Source of the DNA: Thermodesulfobacteriota bacterium
GTDB lineage: Bacteria > Desulfobacterota_D > UBA1144 > Nemesobacterales > Mycalebacteriaceae
Length of the DNA: 64,000 bases
Direction: 5' to 3'
Assembly (NCBI GenBank): GCA_965205855.1
Contig: OZ242184.1
Span: 1,024,001 to 1,088,000, forward strand
Shown here: positions 41,168 to 54,225 of the stretch, piece by piece
Layout of the letters: every line of letters begins with the position of its first letter
Numbering within the stretch: position 1 is the stretch's first letter
Translations under genes and position numbers: made by a program
Notes under the pieces: generated by a model
Databases searched by the model: none
What the model was told of the DNA's origin: nothing
Seen by the model: the letters and a program-made list of their open reading frames with translations, nothing else

Positions 41168-41736
41168 TATTTTACCTCCGCGGAAAAAGGCATACCCAAC
41201 TCTTCAAGAAGTACTTTTGCTTCCTCGTTGGTATCTGAAGTTGTTACAAATGTTATGTTGAGTCCCTTCACTTTCGAAACCTTGCTGTAATCAATTTCGG
41301 GAAATATAATGTGCTCTCTCACGCCCAGAGTATAGTTACCTTTGCCGTCAAAAGAATTTGCTTTCACACCTCTGAAATCTCTTACTCTCGGTAGCGTAAG
41401 ATTCACCAGACGATCAAAAAATTCATACATTCTGGTTCCTCTGAGAGTAACGGCGCAACCTATCGGCAACCCTTCGCGAAGTTTGAATCCGGCTATTGAT
41501 TTCTTGGACTTTGTTATCGCAGGCCTCTGACCCGCGATGAGGGCAAGTTCGAAAACCGCCTCGTCCACCACCGCCTTGTTACGGCCCGCCTCACTGAGAC
41601 GTCCAAGCCCCATGTTTAACACTATGCGCTCAAGACGCGGAACCATCATTGGATTGGAATAGGATTTCCTTTCCATGATACGGGGAATCACCTGCTCATT
41701 GTAAATTCTCTTCATTCTGGGCTCAACACCGTTCAT
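41167..41736 (-). CDS. rplE: 50S ribosomal protein L5
   Basis: [35 protein letters not shown]. Confidence 0.97.
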   Translation of the reverse strand: MNGVEPRMKRIYNEQVIPRIMERKSYSNPMMVPRLERIVLNMGLGRLSEAGRNKAVVDEAVFELALIAGQRPAITKSKKSIAGFKLREGLPIGCAVTLRGTRMYEFFDRLVNLTLPRVRDFRGVKANSFDGKGNYTLGVREHIIFPEIDYSKVSKVKGLNITFVTTSDTNEEAKVLLEELGMPFSAEVK

Positions 41737-42065
41737 TATATCTTTTTCCCGGTTTTGCGATTCACGCGGATTTTCTTTCCCTTATCATCTGTCTTATATC
41801 CCACCTTTACCGGAGAAGACTCTTTAGAGTCAAAAAGCATAAGGTTTGACATATGAAGGCTCGCTTCTTTGTCTATTATTCCGCCAGAGGGATTTTTCTG
41901 GTTCGGGCGTATGTTGCGTTTTACCATGTTTAGTTTCTGCACAATAGCTCTCTTCTTGTCCGTGAAAATCTCCGAGATGGTTCCCGTTTTCCCCTTTTCC
42001 CGACCGGAGAGAACAATAACCTCATCGCCTTTTTTGATATTGAACTTGAATTTCCGCACCGTCAA
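41736..42065 (-). CDS. rplX: 50S ribosomal protein L24
   Basis: [22 protein letters not shown] motif, GGIIDKEA. Confidence 0.96.
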   Translation of the reverse strand: MTVRKFKFNIKKGDEVIVLSGREKGKTGTISEIFTDKKRAIVQKLNMVKRNIRPNQKNPSGGIIDKEASLHMSNLMLFDSKESSPVKVGYKTDDKGKKIRVNRKTGKKI

Positions 42066-42430
42066 ACCACCTCTGGTGCAAGGGAAATTATCTTCATAAA
42101 CCCCTTGAATCTCAGTTCTCTCGCTATCGGACCGAATACTCTGGTGCCTATCGGTTCCATATCTTTGTCTATAATAACCGCGGCGTTATCATCAAATCTC
42201 ACATAAGTTCCATCAGTCCTTCTGCTCCCTTTTCTCACGCGCACAACAACCGCTTTATAAACTTCGCCTTTGGACACTTTTGAGCTCGGCATCGCCTCTT
42301 TTACGGACACAACAATAACGTCTCCGAGGCGCGCAAATCTTCTTCTGGAACCGCCGAGAACTTTTATGCAGTAAAGCCTTTTTGCTCCGGTATTATCCGC
42401 TGATTCAAGATATGAGCTCGACTGAATCAC
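42062..42430 (-). CDS. rplN: 50S ribosomal protein L14
   Basis: [30 protein letters not shown]. Confidence 0.97.
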   Translation of the reverse strand: MIQSSSYLESADNTGAKRLYCIKVLGGSRRRFARLGDVIVVSVKEAMPSSKVSKGEVYKAVVVRVRKGSRRTDGTYVRFDDNAAVIIDKDMEPIGTRVFGPIARELRFKGFMKIISLAPEVV

Positions 42431-42723
42431 TGCTCCGCACCCAGCTCGCCAACGGAGCGTGATTTCTCAATTATTTTGCCGACACGCCACCTTTTCGTTT
42501 TGCTTATGGGTTTTGACTCATATATCAAAGTCTTGTCTCCGACTTCGCACTGGTTTTTGCTGTCGTGAACAATGTAACGCACTCTTTTCTTGATTGGCCT
42601 GTTGTAGACAAGGTGTTTTTTGATGATAAGCACATCCACAACAGCGGTTTTATCTACGCTATTTCTCACCACGGTTCCCACAAGCGAAGTCAGCCTGCCT
42701 CTTTTTCTGTCTTTTTTAATCAT
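42427..42723 (-). CDS. rpsQ: 30S ribosomal protein S17
   Basis: GTVV...DKT, HD...[10 protein letters not shown]; position in operon. Confidence 0.94.
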   Translation of the reverse strand: MIKKDRKRGRLTSLVGTVVRNSVDKTAVVDVLIIKKHLVYNRPIKKRVRYIVHDSKNQCEVGDKTLIYESKPISKTKRWRVGKIIEKSRSVGELGAEQ

Positions 42724-42946
42724 TTTCTTTCTTCACAGATTCCCTCTTTTTTTCTCTCTCAATTTCCAATCTCACGGTTTTAATTCTGGCAATATCCCTT
42801 CTCAGCAGTTTTATCCGCGCAAACGCGTTGTTCTGCTTTGTAAGAACCTGCATACGCAGATTAAAAAGGGAGACTACCAACTCACGCTCTTTTTTCTCAA
42901 GGTCGCCAACTGTCAGTTCTCTTAGTTTATACGGTTTTTCTGACAT
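42716..42946 (-). CDS. rpmC: 50S ribosomal protein L29
   Basis: LFNLRMQ, RRDIARIKT. Confidence 0.95.
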   Translation of the reverse strand: MSEKPYKLRELTVGDLEKKERELVVSLFNLRMQVLTKQNNAFARIKLLRRDIARIKTVRLEIEREKKRESVKKEND

Positions 42947-43365
42947 TATAAAATATCCTCTCTCCGCTCAACGGTGCGTGTTTTGACCGGAAGTTTGTGA
43001 GACGCAAGTCTGAAGGCTTCCTTCGCAAGACTTGTGGTAACTCCGCTCAATTCGTAAAGCATCTGTCCGCGCTTGATGGGAGCCACATATTCGGACAGAT
43101 CACCTTTTCCTTTTCCCATCCTTGTCTCGGCGGGTTTTTTGGTAACGGGTTTGTCGGGGAAAACCCTTATCCACAGTTTCGCGCCCCTTTTGACATAGCG
43201 CGTTATTGCCACCCTAGCGGACTCTATCTGTCTTGAAGTAAGACGCCCGTTCTCGAGGGTCTGGAGACCAAACTGACCGAAGTCTATCTCGGTTCCCCTG
43301 GTAGCCGCGCCTCTTATGCGCCCTTTGTGCGCCTTGCGGTGTTTGGTTTTTCTGGGCTGAAGCAT
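42946..43365 (-). CDS. rplP: 50S ribosomal protein L16
   Basis: [29 protein letters not shown]. Confidence 0.97.
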   Translation of the reverse strand: MLQPRKTKHRKAHKGRIRGAATRGTEIDFGQFGLQTLENGRLTSRQIESARVAITRYVKRGAKLWIRVFPDKPVTKKPAETRMGKGKGDLSEYVAPIKRGQMLYELSGVTTSLAKEAFRLASHKLPVKTRTVERREDIL

Positions 43366-44021
43366 TATTTCTTTCCATCAACAGATTTTTTCTCTATGAT
43401 GTCTCCCTTAAATATCCAGGATTTAATTCCGATAATACCGTATTTGGTTTTTGCTTGGGCAAAACCGTAGCCAATGTCCGCTCTCAATTTTGCAAGCGGA
43501 ATGCTACCTTCTCTGTACCACTCTCTCCTAGCTATCTCGGCTCCGGCAAGCCTTCCGGACGCCATTATCTTAATTCCCAGAGCGCCAGTCCTCATCGCGG
43601 ATGTAATCGCCTGTTTCATTGCTCTTTTGTATGCAACTCTGCGCTCTATTTGCAAGGCCACATTCTCGGCGACCATCTGAGCGTCTATCTCGGAACGGCG
43701 CACCTCTTTGATGTCCACAACCATTTCCTTTCCGGTCCGGATCTGAAGCTCTTTTCTTATTCTTTCTATCTCCTGACCGTTGCGTCCTATGATAATCCCG
43801 GGCCTGAGTGCGTGTATGGCGACTTTGACCTTTTTTTGAATAACGCTCTCTATTTCAATTCTGGAGATACCCGCTTGGTAGAAATTTTTCCGTATATACC
43901 TTCTTATTCCGATATCTTCACCGAGCATATCGGTAAAAGAAGACTTCTCGGCGTACCACTTGGAGTCCCAGGTTTTTGTTATTCCTATTCTCAACCCTAT
44001 CGGATTTACTTTCTGACCCAT
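43365..44021 (-). CDS. rpsC: 30S ribosomal protein S3
   Basis: [30 protein letters not shown]. Confidence 0.97.
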   Translation of the reverse strand: MGQKVNPIGLRIGITKTWDSKWYAEKSSFTDMLGEDIGIRRYIRKNFYQAGISRIEIESVIQKKVKVAIHALRPGIIIGRNGQEIERIRKELQIRTGKEMVVDIKEVRRSEIDAQMVAENVALQIERRVAYKRAMKQAITSAMRTGALGIKIMASGRLAGAEIARREWYREGSIPLAKLRADIGYGFAQAKTKYGIIGIKSWIFKGDIIEKKSVDGKK

Positions 44022-44022
44022 A

Positions 44023-44361
44023 TTAAAGCCCCTTCCTTTCAAGCACTATTGTGACATGACTTGTCTTTTTCTTTATTTGAAAAGCCCTTCCCATGGCCCT
44101 CGGCTTGAACCTTTTAAGGACCGGCCCCTCATCGGCGTAAGCCTCTTTTACGTACAATTCCTCGGGTTCCGGATAACCTTTCTCCGAAGCGTTCGCAACC
44201 GCGGATTTGAGCAGATTTGCAAGAACGGGAGCCGATCTTTTACGTGTAAGAGATAGCACGGAAAAGGCCTCCTCAACATTCTTACCCCGTATAAGCGGCA
44301 GAACCAAACGGATTTTATCTGGAGACATTCTGTAGTATCTGAGAACGGACTTTGAAACCAT
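44023..44361 (-). CDS. rplV: 50S ribosomal protein L22
   Basis: [31 protein letters not shown]. Confidence 0.97.
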   Translation of the reverse strand: MVSKSVLRYYRMSPDKIRLVLPLIRGKNVEEAFSVLSLTRKRSAPVLANLLKSAVANASEKGYPEPEELYVKEAYADEGPVLKRFKPRAMGRAFQIKKKTSHVTIVLERKGL

Positions 44362-44373
44362 CTAAAAATCCCC

Positions 44374-44661
44374 CTACCTACCCACCTTGGATTTTTTGTC
44401 GCCACCCGCATGTCCGTGAAAATTCCTTGTGGGCGAAAACTCTCCGAGTTTATGCCCTATCATATGTTCATTAACAGAGATGGGAATAAACCTTCTTCCA
44501 TTATGAACCGCTATTGTAAGACCTATCATATCCGGTATCACCATTGATGCTCGCGACCATGTTTTGATGTAAACATCGCCTTGCGGCCGCTTCCTTGCCT
44601 CTTGAATCTTTTTGAGAAGTTTCTGGTGAATATAGGGTTTTTTCTGTGATTTATTAGCCAA
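44374..44661 (-). CDS. rpsS: 30S ribosomal protein S19
   Basis: [24 protein letters not shown]. Confidence 0.97.
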   Translation of the reverse strand: MANKSQKKPYIHQKLLKKIQEARKRPQGDVYIKTWSRASMVIPDMIGLTIAVHNGRRFIPISVNEHMIGHKLGEFSPTRNFHGHAGGDKKSKVGR

Positions 44662-44672
44662 TTTTGTCCTCC

Positions 44673-45515
44673 CTAATCCATTCCGTATCCGACCCTTCTG
44701 GGTCTTACTATGTATTTGTCGGTTCTTTTGTTTTTCCTTGTTTTGTAACCTATGGTTATCCAGCCCCAGGGCGATACGGGATGCGGATTTCCCTTTGAGG
44801 CCTTGCCCTCTCCTCCGCCGTGCGGATGATCAACGGGATTCATGGCCACCCCGCGAACTGTCGGTCTGCGGCGTTTGTGCCTGTTTCTTCCCGCCTTACC
44901 CACGCTTACAAGCTCATGTTCGGAGTTTCCAACCTTTCCAACCGTTGCCATACACTCAAGACTCACCATTCTTATTTCCCCGGACGGGAGTTTTAAAAGC
45001 GCGCGGTCTTTCTCTTTGGCAGTTATCTGAACCGAACCTCCCGCCGAGCGGGCAATCTGGCCTCCTCCTCCGGGATGTAACTCAACATTATGAACAAAAA
45101 CACCCGTAGGAATATCCCTTAGTTTGAGCGCATTACCGACCGAGACTTCCGATTGTTCGCCGGAAACAACACTATCTCCCACTAACATGCCTTCGCATGC
45201 GATAATATATCTCTTTTCTCCGTCCGTATAGTGAAGAAGTGCTATCCTTGCCGACCTGTAGGGGTCGTATTCTATTGAAGCGACCTTTGCCGGTATTCCG
45301 ATTTTGTTCCTTTTGAAATCAACAATCCTGTAACGCCTTTTGTGCCCTCCACCCCGATGGTAGCTTGATATTCTTCCACCGCTTCCGCGCCCGGCTCTGT
45401 TTGGTATTGAAGAAACCAGCGCTTTGTGCGGGACGGACGAGGTAATTTCGGCAAAATCCTCACCGGTTCTGAAACGCGTTCCCGGAGATGTGGGGTTAAA
45501 CTTTCTTATTCCCAT
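44673..45515 (-). CDS. rplB: 50S ribosomal protein L2
   Basis: [45 protein letters not shown]. Confidence 0.97.
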   Translation of the reverse strand: MGIRKFNPTSPGTRFRTGEDFAEITSSVPHKALVSSIPNRAGRGSGGRISSYHRGGGHKRRYRIVDFKRNKIGIPAKVASIEYDPYRSARIALLHYTDGEKRYIIACEGMLVGDSVVSGEQSEVSVGNALKLRDIPTGVFVHNVELHPGGGGQIARSAGGSVQITAKEKDRALLKLPSGEIRMVSLECMATVGKVGNSEHELVSVGKAGRNRHKRRRPTVRGVAMNPVDHPHGGGEGKASKGNPHPVSPWGWITIGYKTRKNKRTDKYIVRPRRVGYGMD

Positions 45516-45799
45516 TATATTCCCTCAAATATTTCTATTTTGCCCTCAATCACATTCACATAGGCCTTTTTGAAACCGGATTTTCTCCCGGAAATACGAC
45601 CTCTTTTTACCGTTTTACCAGGCATTGTTAATGTCCTCACTTTACCTACTTTCACACCGAAAGCTTTTTCAACAGAGTCCTTTATTTGGTGTTTTTTCGA
45701 CTTCTCATCAACAGAAAACACATACCAACCCTTATCTCGCAAAGAGAAACTTTTTTCTGTCACAAGAGGAGACTTAAGAATTTTATGCGGACTGTTCAA
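45515..45799 (-). CDS. rplW: 50S ribosomal protein L23
   Basis: [17 protein letters not shown]; position in operon. Confidence 0.95.
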   Translation of the reverse strand: MNSPHKILKSPLVTEKSFSLRDKGWYVFSVDEKSKKHQIKDSVEKAFGVKVGKVRTLTMPGKTVKRGRISGRKSGFKKAYVNVIEGKIEIFEGI

Positions 45800-46425
45800 T
45801 GTATAAGCCCCTCCTGCACCAACTTGACCGCTTCAACGGTTATTACAAGATTTTCAAAACCCAGTGTGTCGTAAACATTCACTCCCTTGTCGGAAACAAA
45901 TTTTACGGACGGAATGTTGTTTGCGGATTTTGCAAAATTCTCCCAGTCGCCACCCGGAACATCAACAAAGAGTACATCCTGAAACCCGAAGGCTCCGAGC
46001 ATTTTGTTAACCTGCTTTGTTTTAATCGCGGGAAGGGCAAGGTCGCGAACAACTGTTATAGCGCCGTCACGGAATCTTGCCGAAAGCGCGGACCTGAGCG
46101 CCTGTCTTCTAACCTTGCGGGGAGCCTTAAAAGACCAGTCTTTGGGCTTGGGACCGAATGCGACTCCTCCTTTTCTCCATATTGGAGACCTTATTGAACC
46201 GTGCCTTGCGCGGCCCGAGTGTTTTTGTTTCCAGGGCTTTGCCCCTCCGCCTCTGACTTCTCCGCGGGTTTTTGTAGAAGCGGTGCCGCTCCTTGCCGCA
46301 GCGAGTTGCCACTTCACAATAAACTGCATCAGGTCGTCCCTGACAGGGGCTTCAAACACCTCACCTTTCAGGTCAAGGGTGTCAACCTTGTTCGCACCCA
46401 TATCGTAAACTTCAACCTTCGGCAA
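45796..46425 (-). CDS. rplD: 50S ribosomal protein L4
   Basis: GTASTKTRGEVRGGGAKPWKQK, GRARHGSIRSP. Confidence 0.97.
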   Translation of the reverse strand: MPKVEVYDMGANKVDTLDLKGEVFEAPVRDDLMQFIVKWQLAAARSGTASTKTRGEVRGGGAKPWKQKHSGRARHGSIRSPIWRKGGVAFGPKPKDWSFKAPRKVRRQALRSALSARFRDGAITVVRDLALPAIKTKQVNKMLGAFGFQDVLFVDVPGGDWENFAKSANNIPSVKFVSDKGVNVYDTLGFENLVITVEAVKLVQEGLIH

Positions 46426-46426
46426 C

Positions 46427-47053
46427 CTAACCGCCTCCCTTCACAGAATGTCTTATAAATATTCCCGAACCTCTGCGCCCCGGAACGGAACCTTTTACGG
46501 CGACAAGATTTTTTTCAATATCAACGGAAACAACTCTCAATCCCTGGGATGTAACGCTTTTCCCTCCAGCTCTTCCCGCCATTTTAATTCCCTTCCATAC
46601 ACGCGCCGGATAAGAAGCCTGACCGATTGAGCCCGGCCTACGGTGAGCTTTTCCTCCATGCGAAGCCGGTTGCATGGCAAATCCGTGACGTTTTATTACA
46701 CCTGTAAAGCCCTTGCCTTTCCCCGTGCCAATCACATCCACTTTGTCACCCTCTTTGAAAAGGTCGGCGACAAAAACATCTCCCGGTTTAACCTCTTCAT
46801 CATCGCAACTAACCTCAACAATCCTCTTCATCGGAGGAAGTCCGGCCGGAGAGCAATGTCCTGTTTCCGCCTTGTTTGCGGAAAAATTTTCCTCATATCC
46901 AAGTTGAATCGCCGCATATCCGTCCTTCTCCTCGGTCTTTTTCTGAACCACATAGCACGGGCCAACCTCAAGAACGGTAACCGGTGTGAGCATCGAACCT
47001 TCCTGAAATACCTGAGTCATGGCAACCTTTTTTCCCAATAGTCCGCCTACCAT
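46427..47053 (-). CDS. rplC: 50S ribosomal protein L3
   Basis: GKKVAMTQVF, KGKGFTGVIKRH, HRRPGSIG, VKGSVPG. Confidence 0.97.
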   Translation of the reverse strand: MVGGLLGKKVAMTQVFQEGSMLTPVTVLEVGPCYVVQKKTEEKDGYAAIQLGYEENFSANKAETGHCSPAGLPPMKRIVEVSCDDEEVKPGDVFVADLFKEGDKVDVIGTGKGKGFTGVIKRHGFAMQPASHGGKAHRRPGSIGQASYPARVWKGIKMAGRAGGKSVTSQGLRVVSVDIEKNLVAVKGSVPGRRGSGIFIRHSVKGGG

Positions 47054-47067
47054 TTTATCGCCGCCCG

Positions 47068-47382
47068 TCATGTGAGTTTAATATCAACGTCAACCCCGGA
47101 AGCCAAATCCAGCTTCATAAGCTCGTCCACCGTCTGGTGAGTCGGTTCAAGTATGTAAACCAACCTCTTGTGAGTTCTAATTTCAAAATGCTCTCTTGAG
47201 TTTTTGTTCACATGTGGAGACCTGAGAACACAGAACCTGCGGATGCTAGTGGGCAATGGAAGAGGGCCGGAAATTCTGGCACCCGTTCTCTTTGCCGTAT
47301 CCGCTATCTCAAAGGTCGACTTGTCAAGAAGTCTGTGGTCGAATGACTTGAGTTTTATTCTTATTTTGGAAGCAACATTCAT
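47068..47382 (-). CDS. rpsJ: 30S ribosomal protein S10
   Basis: [30 protein letters not shown]. Confidence 0.97.
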   Translation of the reverse strand: MNVASKIRIKLKSFDHRLLDKSTFEIADTAKRTGARISGPLPLPTSIRRFCVLRSPHVNKNSREHFEIRTHKRLVYILEPTHQTVDELMKLDLASGVDVDIKLT

Positions 47383-47384
47383 TT

Positions 47385-48560
<1,176 letters not shown>

Positions 48561-48601
48561 CTGTCTCTACCTCCTGATTATTTTCAATCAATCTCTGCAA
48601 T

Positions 48602-50686
48602 TTAACCGGACTCCGCCATCTGTTTGAGCTCTTCCGCGATATTGGGAGGAAGAATCTCATAGCGGGCAAATTCCATTACGAAAGAACCCCTTCCCTCAGT
48701 CATTGACCTCAGGTTTGTAGCATATCCGAATACCTCACCGAGGGGAACATCAGATTTAACCGCCTGCATTCCGCCTCTCATTTCCGTGCTGACTATCCTG
48801 CCCCTTCTGGAATTCAAATCGCCTATCACATTGCCGGTAAAATCTTCCGGCGCAAGAACCTCAAGACTCATCACCGGCTCAAGAATGGAAGGGGAAGCTT
48901 TGGCAAAGGCGTCTTTGAAAGCCATTGAGCCCGCTATTTTGAAAGCGATTTCGGATGAATCAACTTCGTGAAAAGATCCATCGTAGAGAGTAACACGCAC
49001 ATCAACAACCGGATAACCGGAAATGACTCCGGTTTCCATCACTTCTTTCATACCCTTTTCCACGGCGGGGATATACTCTTTGGGTATCACTCCGCCTTTG
49101 ATTTTGTCAACAAACTCAAAACCCTCTCCTCTCTCCATGGGCTCCATGGTTATCTTTACATGCCCGTATTGTCCGCGTCCGCCCGTCTGTCTTATGAACT
49201 TGGCTTCCACATCGGAATTACCGACTATTGTTTCCCTGTAGGCAACCTGAGGCTTTCCGACATTCGCTTCCACATTGAATTCCCTTGAAAGCCTGTCAAC
49301 GATGACCTCAAGGTGAAGCTCACCCATTCCCGATATAACGGTTTGCCCCGTCTCCTCGTCTGTTTTAACCCTAAAGGAAGGGTCTTCAAGGGTAAGTCTT
49401 GAAAGGGAAATACCTAGTTTTTCCTGATCCGGTTTGGACTTCGGCTCAATCGCGATTGATATAACCGGGTCCGATATGTTCAAACTCTCAAGGATAACCG
49501 GGTTGTCCAAATCGCAAAGAGTATCGCCGGTTATCGAAGTTTTAAGCCCCACCGCCGCGACTATTCCTCCCGCTTCCACCTCTTTGGTTTCCTCTCTTTT
49601 GTTGGCATGCATTCTGACAAGCCGCCCTATTTTTTCTTTCTTGCCCTTTGTGGAATTGAGCACCATGCTGCCAGAAGTCAGTTTCCCCGAATAAACCCTT
49701 ATATATGTAAGCTGTCCGACAAAAGGGTCGTTCATAATCTTGAAAGCAAGTCCAGAGAAAGGCGCGTTCGGGTCGGACATTCTTGCGTCTTCCGAACCGT
49801 CGTCCTTTATACCGGCAATCGGAGGAAGATCAACCGGGGAAGGAAGATAATCAACCACGGCGTCAAGCAGAAGTTGAACCCCTTTGTTTTTGAAAGCCGA
49901 ACCGCAGAAAACAGGAATAATGTTCAGCCCTATGGTCTGCTCTCTTATAATTTTTTTAACAACCGACTCATCCACTTTCTCGTCGTTGAGATAAGCCTCC
50001 ATTACCGAGTCGTCAAAATCGGCGAGCACCTCGAGAAGCTGCTTTCTTCCGGTTTCAAACTGTTCAGCCGCATCTCCGGGTATATCCTTCAATTCAAATT
50101 TGGCTCCCAGAGATTCTCCGTCCCAGATAGCAAATTTGCAGGAAACAAGGTCTATTATTCCTTTAAAATCCTCTCCTTCGAACCATGGTATGTGCATATA
50201 AACCGGACGGGAATTGAGCCGGTCTTTAATCTGTTCGACAACTCTGAAGAAATCCGCTCCGATTCTGTCCATCTTGTTCACAAAACATATTCTTGGAACC
50301 CCGTAGCGGTCGGCCTGCCTCCAGACGGTTTCGGTCTGTGGCTCAACTCCCCCAACACAGTCAAAAACTACAACCGCGCCGTCGAGAACCTTCAGCGAGC
50401 GCTCAACCTCTATCGTAAAGTCAACATGCCCCGGAGTGTCAACAATGTTAATTCTGTTTTCGTTCCAGAAGCATGTTGTTGTCGCCGAGGTGATTGTTAT
50501 CCCGCGCTCTCTCTCCTGGTCCATCCAGTCCATTGTGGCGGTGCCTTCGTGAACCTCGCCTATCTTGTATGTAAGTCCTGTGTAAAAAAGTATGCGCTCG
50601 GTCGTTGTGGTCTTGCCAGCATCTATGTGCGCCACAATTCCTATGTTTCGCACTTTTTCAATGGGGACTTTGATTTCTTCTGCCAT
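48602..50686 (-). CDS. fusA: Elongation factor G
   Basis: [40 protein letters not shown]. Confidence 0.98.
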   Translation of the reverse strand: MAEEIKVPIEKVRNIGIVAHIDAGKTTTTERILFYTGLTYKIGEVHEGTATMDWMDQERERGITITSATTTCFWNENRINIVDTPGHVDFTIEVERSLKVLDGAVVVFDCVGGVEPQTETVWRQADRYGVPRICFVNKMDRIGADFFRVVEQIKDRLNSRPVYMHIPWFEGEDFKGIIDLVSCKFAIWDGESLGAKFELKDIPGDAAEQFETGRKQLLEVLADFDDSVMEAYLNDEKVDESVVKKIIREQTIGLNIIPVFCGSAFKNKGVQLLLDAVVDYLPSPVDLPPIAGIKDDGSEDARMSDPNAPFSGLAFKIMNDPFVGQLTYIRVYSGKLTSGSMVLNSTKGKKEKIGRLVRMHANKREETKEVEAGGIVAAVGLKTSITGDTLCDLDNPVILESLNISDPVISIAIEPKSKPDQEKLGISLSRLTLEDPSFRVKTDEETGQTVISGMGELHLEVIVDRLSREFNVEANVGKPQVAYRETIVGNSDVEAKFIRQTGGRGQYGHVKITMEPMERGEGFEFVDKIKGGVIPKEYIPAVEKGMKEVMETGVISGYPVVDVRVTLYDGSFHEVDSSEIAFKIAGSMAFKDAFAKASPSILEPVMSLEVLAPEDFTGNVIGDLNSRRGRIVSTEMRGGMQAVKSDVPLGEVFGYATNLRSMTEGRGSFVMEFARYEILPPNIAEELKQMAESG

Positions 50687-50698
50687 CAGTTTCCCCTT

Positions 50699-51172
50699 TT
50701 ACCATCTGTAATGAGCAAAAGCCCTGTTGGCTTCCGCCATTTTATGTGTGTCTTCCCTCTTCTTAATCGCGGTTCCGCGGTTCTGTGAGGCATCCAGTAT
50801 CTCTGCAACCAGTTTTTCACGCACTCCCGACTCGCTTCTTTTGCGGACTGCGTCGAGCAACCATCTGATGGCAAGATAATTCCTGCGAACCGGTTTCACT
50901 TCCATGGGTACCTGATAAGTCGCTCCGCCGACTCGCCTTGATCTGACCTCAAGGGACGGCTTGACATTGTCCATCGCCGCGAAGAAAACCTTTATGGGCT
51001 CTTTTGTTTTCGCCCTTTCGGAAATCAAATCAAGAGCATCGTAGAATATCCCCTCCGCCTTACTTTTCTTGCCGTCAAGCATAAGGGAGTTGATAAACTT
51101 CGCGACAAAAGCGTCTCCAAAGCGCGAATCCGGCTCAATTCTGAGCCTTTTTGATAAACTTTTTCTGGACAT
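50699..51172 (-). CDS. rpsG: 30S ribosomal protein S7
   Basis: [29 protein letters not shown]. Confidence 0.97.
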   Translation of the reverse strand: MSRKSLSKRLRIEPDSRFGDAFVAKFINSLMLDGKKSKAEGIFYDALDLISERAKTKEPIKVFFAAMDNVKPSLEVRSRRVGGATYQVPMEVKPVRRNYLAIRWLLDAVRKRSESGVREKLVAEILDASQNRGTAIKKREDTHKMAEANRAFAHYRW

Positions 51173-51178
51173 CGTATT

Positions 51179-51550
51179 TTATTTGGGTTTTTTGCTACCG
51201 TATTTGGAGCGTCCTCTGCGCCTTTTTTCAACACCTGTGGAGTCAAGAGACCCTCTCACAATATGGTATCTGACACCCGGAAGATCCTTAACTCTGCCGC
51301 CTCTCACAAGAACAACGGAATGCTCCTGAAGGGCGTGCCCCTCTCCGGGAATATATGCCGTTACCTCAACCCCGTTTGTAAGTCGCACTCTGGCGACCTT
51401 TCTCATTGCGGAGTTGGGCTTTTTGGGAGTTGTCGTATAAACCCTTACGCAGACCCCTCTTTTCTGGGGGTTGCTCTGTAGCGCGGGCGAGCTGGTCTTG
51501 GCGACAATGCGCTTTCTGCCCTTTTTTACAAGCTGATTTACACTCGGCAT
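51179..51550 (-). CDS. rpsL: 30S ribosomal protein S12
   Basis: [21 protein letters not shown]. Confidence 0.98.
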   Translation of the reverse strand: MPSVNQLVKKGRKRIVAKTSSPALQSNPQKRGVCVRVYTTTPKKPNSAMRKVARVRLTNGVEVTAYIPGEGHALQEHSVVLVRGGRVKDLPGVRYHIVRGSLDSTGVEKRRRGRSKYGSKKPK

Positions 51551-51589
51551 TTTCGTTCACACTTCCGTCTTAAAAAAGACAGACCGCTA

Positions 51590-51618
51590 CTTGTATCTGG
51601 CAACTGACAAGTTGTCAA
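51590..51618 (-). promoter_or_regulatory. Candidate promoter for rpsL and the ribosomal cluster
   Basis: TTGACA-17 nt-TACAAG; perfect -35 but weak -10. Confidence 0.35.
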
Positions 51619-53870
51619 GAAATACGGGGGTTTTGGCGGAAGAAATCCTCCGTATCCCCGATTACTTTACTCATCCCGCCTTTTGCGACCCGACACTGCG
51701 GTATGGATTCAATAAACCGTTTTCCATACGGTTTTCTTACTATCCGGCTGTCCAAAACGGCAACCACTCCCGTATCAGCGACGGTTCGTATAAGCCTGCC
51801 GAACGCCTGCCGGAAGTGTATAACCGAAATCGGAACCGCGTATTCGCTGAAAGCGTCTTTTCCAATATTGCGTATCGCCTCCATTCTCGCTTGAAAAACC
51901 GGCTCTTTCGGAACATTGAACGGCAAACGGGTGATAGCAACCAGCCGCAAGGCGTCTCCGGCGATATCCACGCCTTCGCGGAAACTGTCCGTGCCGAAAA
52001 GAACCGCGTTTTGATCGTTCTTGAAGTCGGCAAGAAGTTTTTCCCTCGGCGCGTCCCCCTGCGTAAGAGACTTAATGCCGGTTTTTTCAAGCCTCGGAGC
52101 AAGAGACGAGCTCACTTTCTCCAGATCCTGATAGGATGTGAAAAGAACAAGCGCCCCGCCGCCGGAGACGCGTATAAAATCGAACACCGCACCCGAAAGT
52201 TTCCTGATATACGACTCCGTTGCGGAGGGTTCCTCAATATCGGTCGGTAGGACGAGAAGCGCCTGCCTACGGTAGTCAAAAGGCGAAGGAACGGCAAGCT
52301 CAGTGGTTCTTTCGCTTTCATCGAGTCCCAGAGAGCGTTTTTGAAACTGAAAACTGCCCCTTTCCCTCAAAGTTGCCGATGTCATTATCAAAGTTTTACA
52401 GTTGTCGTAAAGCCTCTCCTTCAATTCGGGAGCGATATCAATCGGTGATATGGAAACCGCGGCAAACTTTTTCCTTTTTGCTCCTCCAGCTTCAATACTT
52501 TTCACAAACTCCGCAGAACCCGTGTCGGAGAAACCGCGTATTGCGTCGCAGTGGCGTGCAAGGCTCGTAAAAACCGCCTTCAGGTCCGCTACTATGCCGA
52601 CTGTTCTCTCATCGCCTCTGGCCTCGGAAAGGATTGAGAGCCCCTCCCGCACGGAATTTGATAGGTTTGTAACACTCTCATTCATCTTAAGAGACAAAGA
52701 AGCGGATCTGCCCCACCGCTTGCCGGGCGCGATTTCAGTGTCCGTAACGCGAACACTCCGGCGGTAGGGAGCGCCTCTGTCTTCGGAGGATTCCATAAAG
52801 CCCACGTGCAGCGAATCAAAAAAGCTTCTGGAAGTCGTCTCCGCCTTTTTTATTCGCGGCAAAAAGACTTTCTCCATTGCGGAAAGCATTTTCACAACGG
52901 GGCTTTTTTCTTCTATACAATGCGTTTTCTTCACAATCCTTGCCGAGCGGGCAGCCGTGCGTTTCAAACGGTTCAAAGTTTTGAGAATTCCCCGGTTGGA
53001 AACCCTCAGAGTAAAATGCGAGGTTGCCGAATCCACTATGTTGTGTGCCTCGTCTATGACAATTCTGCGAACCGGCGGCAAAACCCCGATATCGCCCCTT
53101 CCCGCAGAGCGTTTTATGGAAATATCGGAAAAAAGAAGATGATGGTTGACTACTATCAAATTCGCCTTCGCGATTTTCCTTCTCGCTTTGAAGAAAAAAC
53201 ACTCGTTGTAATACGGACACTCCTTCCTTACGCAGCTTTCGCTTTCTGCGGCAAATTTGTCCCACTGCTGTTCGGAGGGCGTAAATCCCATATCGGATAA
53301 AGACCCGTTTTCGGTTGTCTGCACCCATTCAAGAATGTTTTGCGCCTCGCCCGCTCCGGCTTTTTCAGAAAGCAAACCCTCTCCGAGTTCACTTTTCACA
53401 TCTTGTGCCCGCAAGAGGCACAGGTAATTTCGCATTCCCTTTACAAGAGCATGTTTGACATTCTCCCCAAGAACTTCGCGCAACAAAGGAATATCCTTGC
53501 TGACAATTTGGTCTTGAAGGTTGATTGTGTTTGTGGAAATAACAACCCGTTCGCCGTTCAGAAGAGCCCACTTTGCCGAAGGAAGCAGATACGAAAGGGT
53601 TTTTCCTATTCCCGTTGGAGCCTCAAGGAGAGATATGGAGTCCGTGTTGAAAGCCGATGTAATCTCGCGCGTTACGGATTGCTGCTCTTTTCTGAACTCA
53701 TATCCTTCCCCAAACGCCTTTTCTACACCACCACCCGGAAGAAAATAAGACGCAATCTCATCGGGGTTCATAAACTTTTTTTCTTTGTCAATTAACGCAT
53801 CGGGATAGATCGCGCTTTCGGGCGTTTCCACGGCGGAGTTACCTTTTGCGTTATTTTGAAAATCAGCCAT
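51615..53870 (-). CDS. DinG/YoaA-family ATP-dependent helicase
   Basis: EAPTGIGKT, KGMRNYLC plus CVRKECPYYNEC Fe-S Cys, VVNHHLL, DEAH, TSATL, FREGVD, QAFGRLIR; start trimmed to MADFQ to avoid the tRNA. Confidence 0.92.
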   Translation of the reverse strand: MADFQNNAKGNSAVETPESAIYPDALIDKEKKFMNPDEIASYFLPGGGVEKAFGEGYEFRKEQQSVTREITSAFNTDSISLLEAPTGIGKTLSYLLPSAKWALLNGERVVISTNTINLQDQIVSKDIPLLREVLGENVKHALVKGMRNYLCLLRAQDVKSELGEGLLSEKAGAGEAQNILEWVQTTENGSLSDMGFTPSEQQWDKFAAESESCVRKECPYYNECFFFKARRKIAKANLIVVNHHLLFSDISIKRSAGRGDIGVLPPVRRIVIDEAHNIVDSATSHFTLRVSNRGILKTLNRLKRTAARSARIVKKTHCIEEKSPVVKMLSAMEKVFLPRIKKAETTSRSFFDSLHVGFMESSEDRGAPYRRSVRVTDTEIAPGKRWGRSASLSLKMNESVTNLSNSVREGLSILSEARGDERTVGIVADLKAVFTSLARHCDAIRGFSDTGSAEFVKSIEAGGAKRKKFAAVSISPIDIAPELKERLYDNCKTLIMTSATLRERGSFQFQKRSLGLDESERTTELAVPSPFDYRRQALLVLPTDIEEPSATESYIRKLSGAVFDFIRVSGGGALVLFTSYQDLEKVSSSLAPRLEKTGIKSLTQGDAPREKLLADFKNDQNAVLFGTDSFREGVDIAGDALRLVAITRLPFNVPKEPVFQARMEAIRNIGKDAFSEYAVPISVIHFRQAFGRLIRTVADTGVVAVLDSRIVRKPYGKRFIESIPQCRVAKGGMSKVIGDTEDFFRQNPRIS

Positions 53871-53926
53871 CCATACAGGATAACAGCCATTTGCCCGGCT
53901 TGCTTGCCGTGTGTAACTTAACCACC

Positions 53927-54013
53927 GGAGGGATGGCCGAGCGGACGAAGGCGCTGGTCTCGAAAACCAGTGGGGCCTCACGGCTCTCAGGGGTTCGAAT
54001 CCCCTTCCCTCCG
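53927..54013 (+). tRNA. tRNA-Ser(CGA)
   Basis: Acceptor GGAGGGA/TCCCTCC, anticodon arm CTGGT-CTCGAAA-ACCAG, long variable arm, GGTTCGAATCC T-arm; CCA not encoded. Confidence 0.95.
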
Positions 54014-54225
54014 GTGAATAGAATTTTCCGCCCGCATGAGCTAATTGGTTTTTGCTCCGAGACGCAGGGGAAGGCAAATACGGGAAGAGGCAATGCTAAT
54101 ACACTTTAACCGTTTGGATATTCTCGAGTTTGATAAAAACAAGTTTACAGTAGCACATGGAACACTTGTAAAAATGCTATTGATATGGATAGTATAATTC
54201 CACCTTTTGGTAATCTGTAAATTCT

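Noticed and set aside
49607-50788. 393-aa plus-strand ORF antisense to fusA, and similar shadows over trpA, trpB, rpsC and pilQ
   Set aside because: They lie almost wholly within conserved genes on the opposite strand and show no recognisable motifs
53871-54077. N-terminal extension of the DinG ORF in the track
   Set aside because: It runs through the tRNA-Ser gene on the opposite strand; the real start is at or after 53870
54093-54197. 34-aa ORF MLIHFNRLD...LLIWIV after tRNA-Ser
   Set aside because: Too short, in a decayed AT-rich region and without a motif; cannot be supported as a gene or toxin
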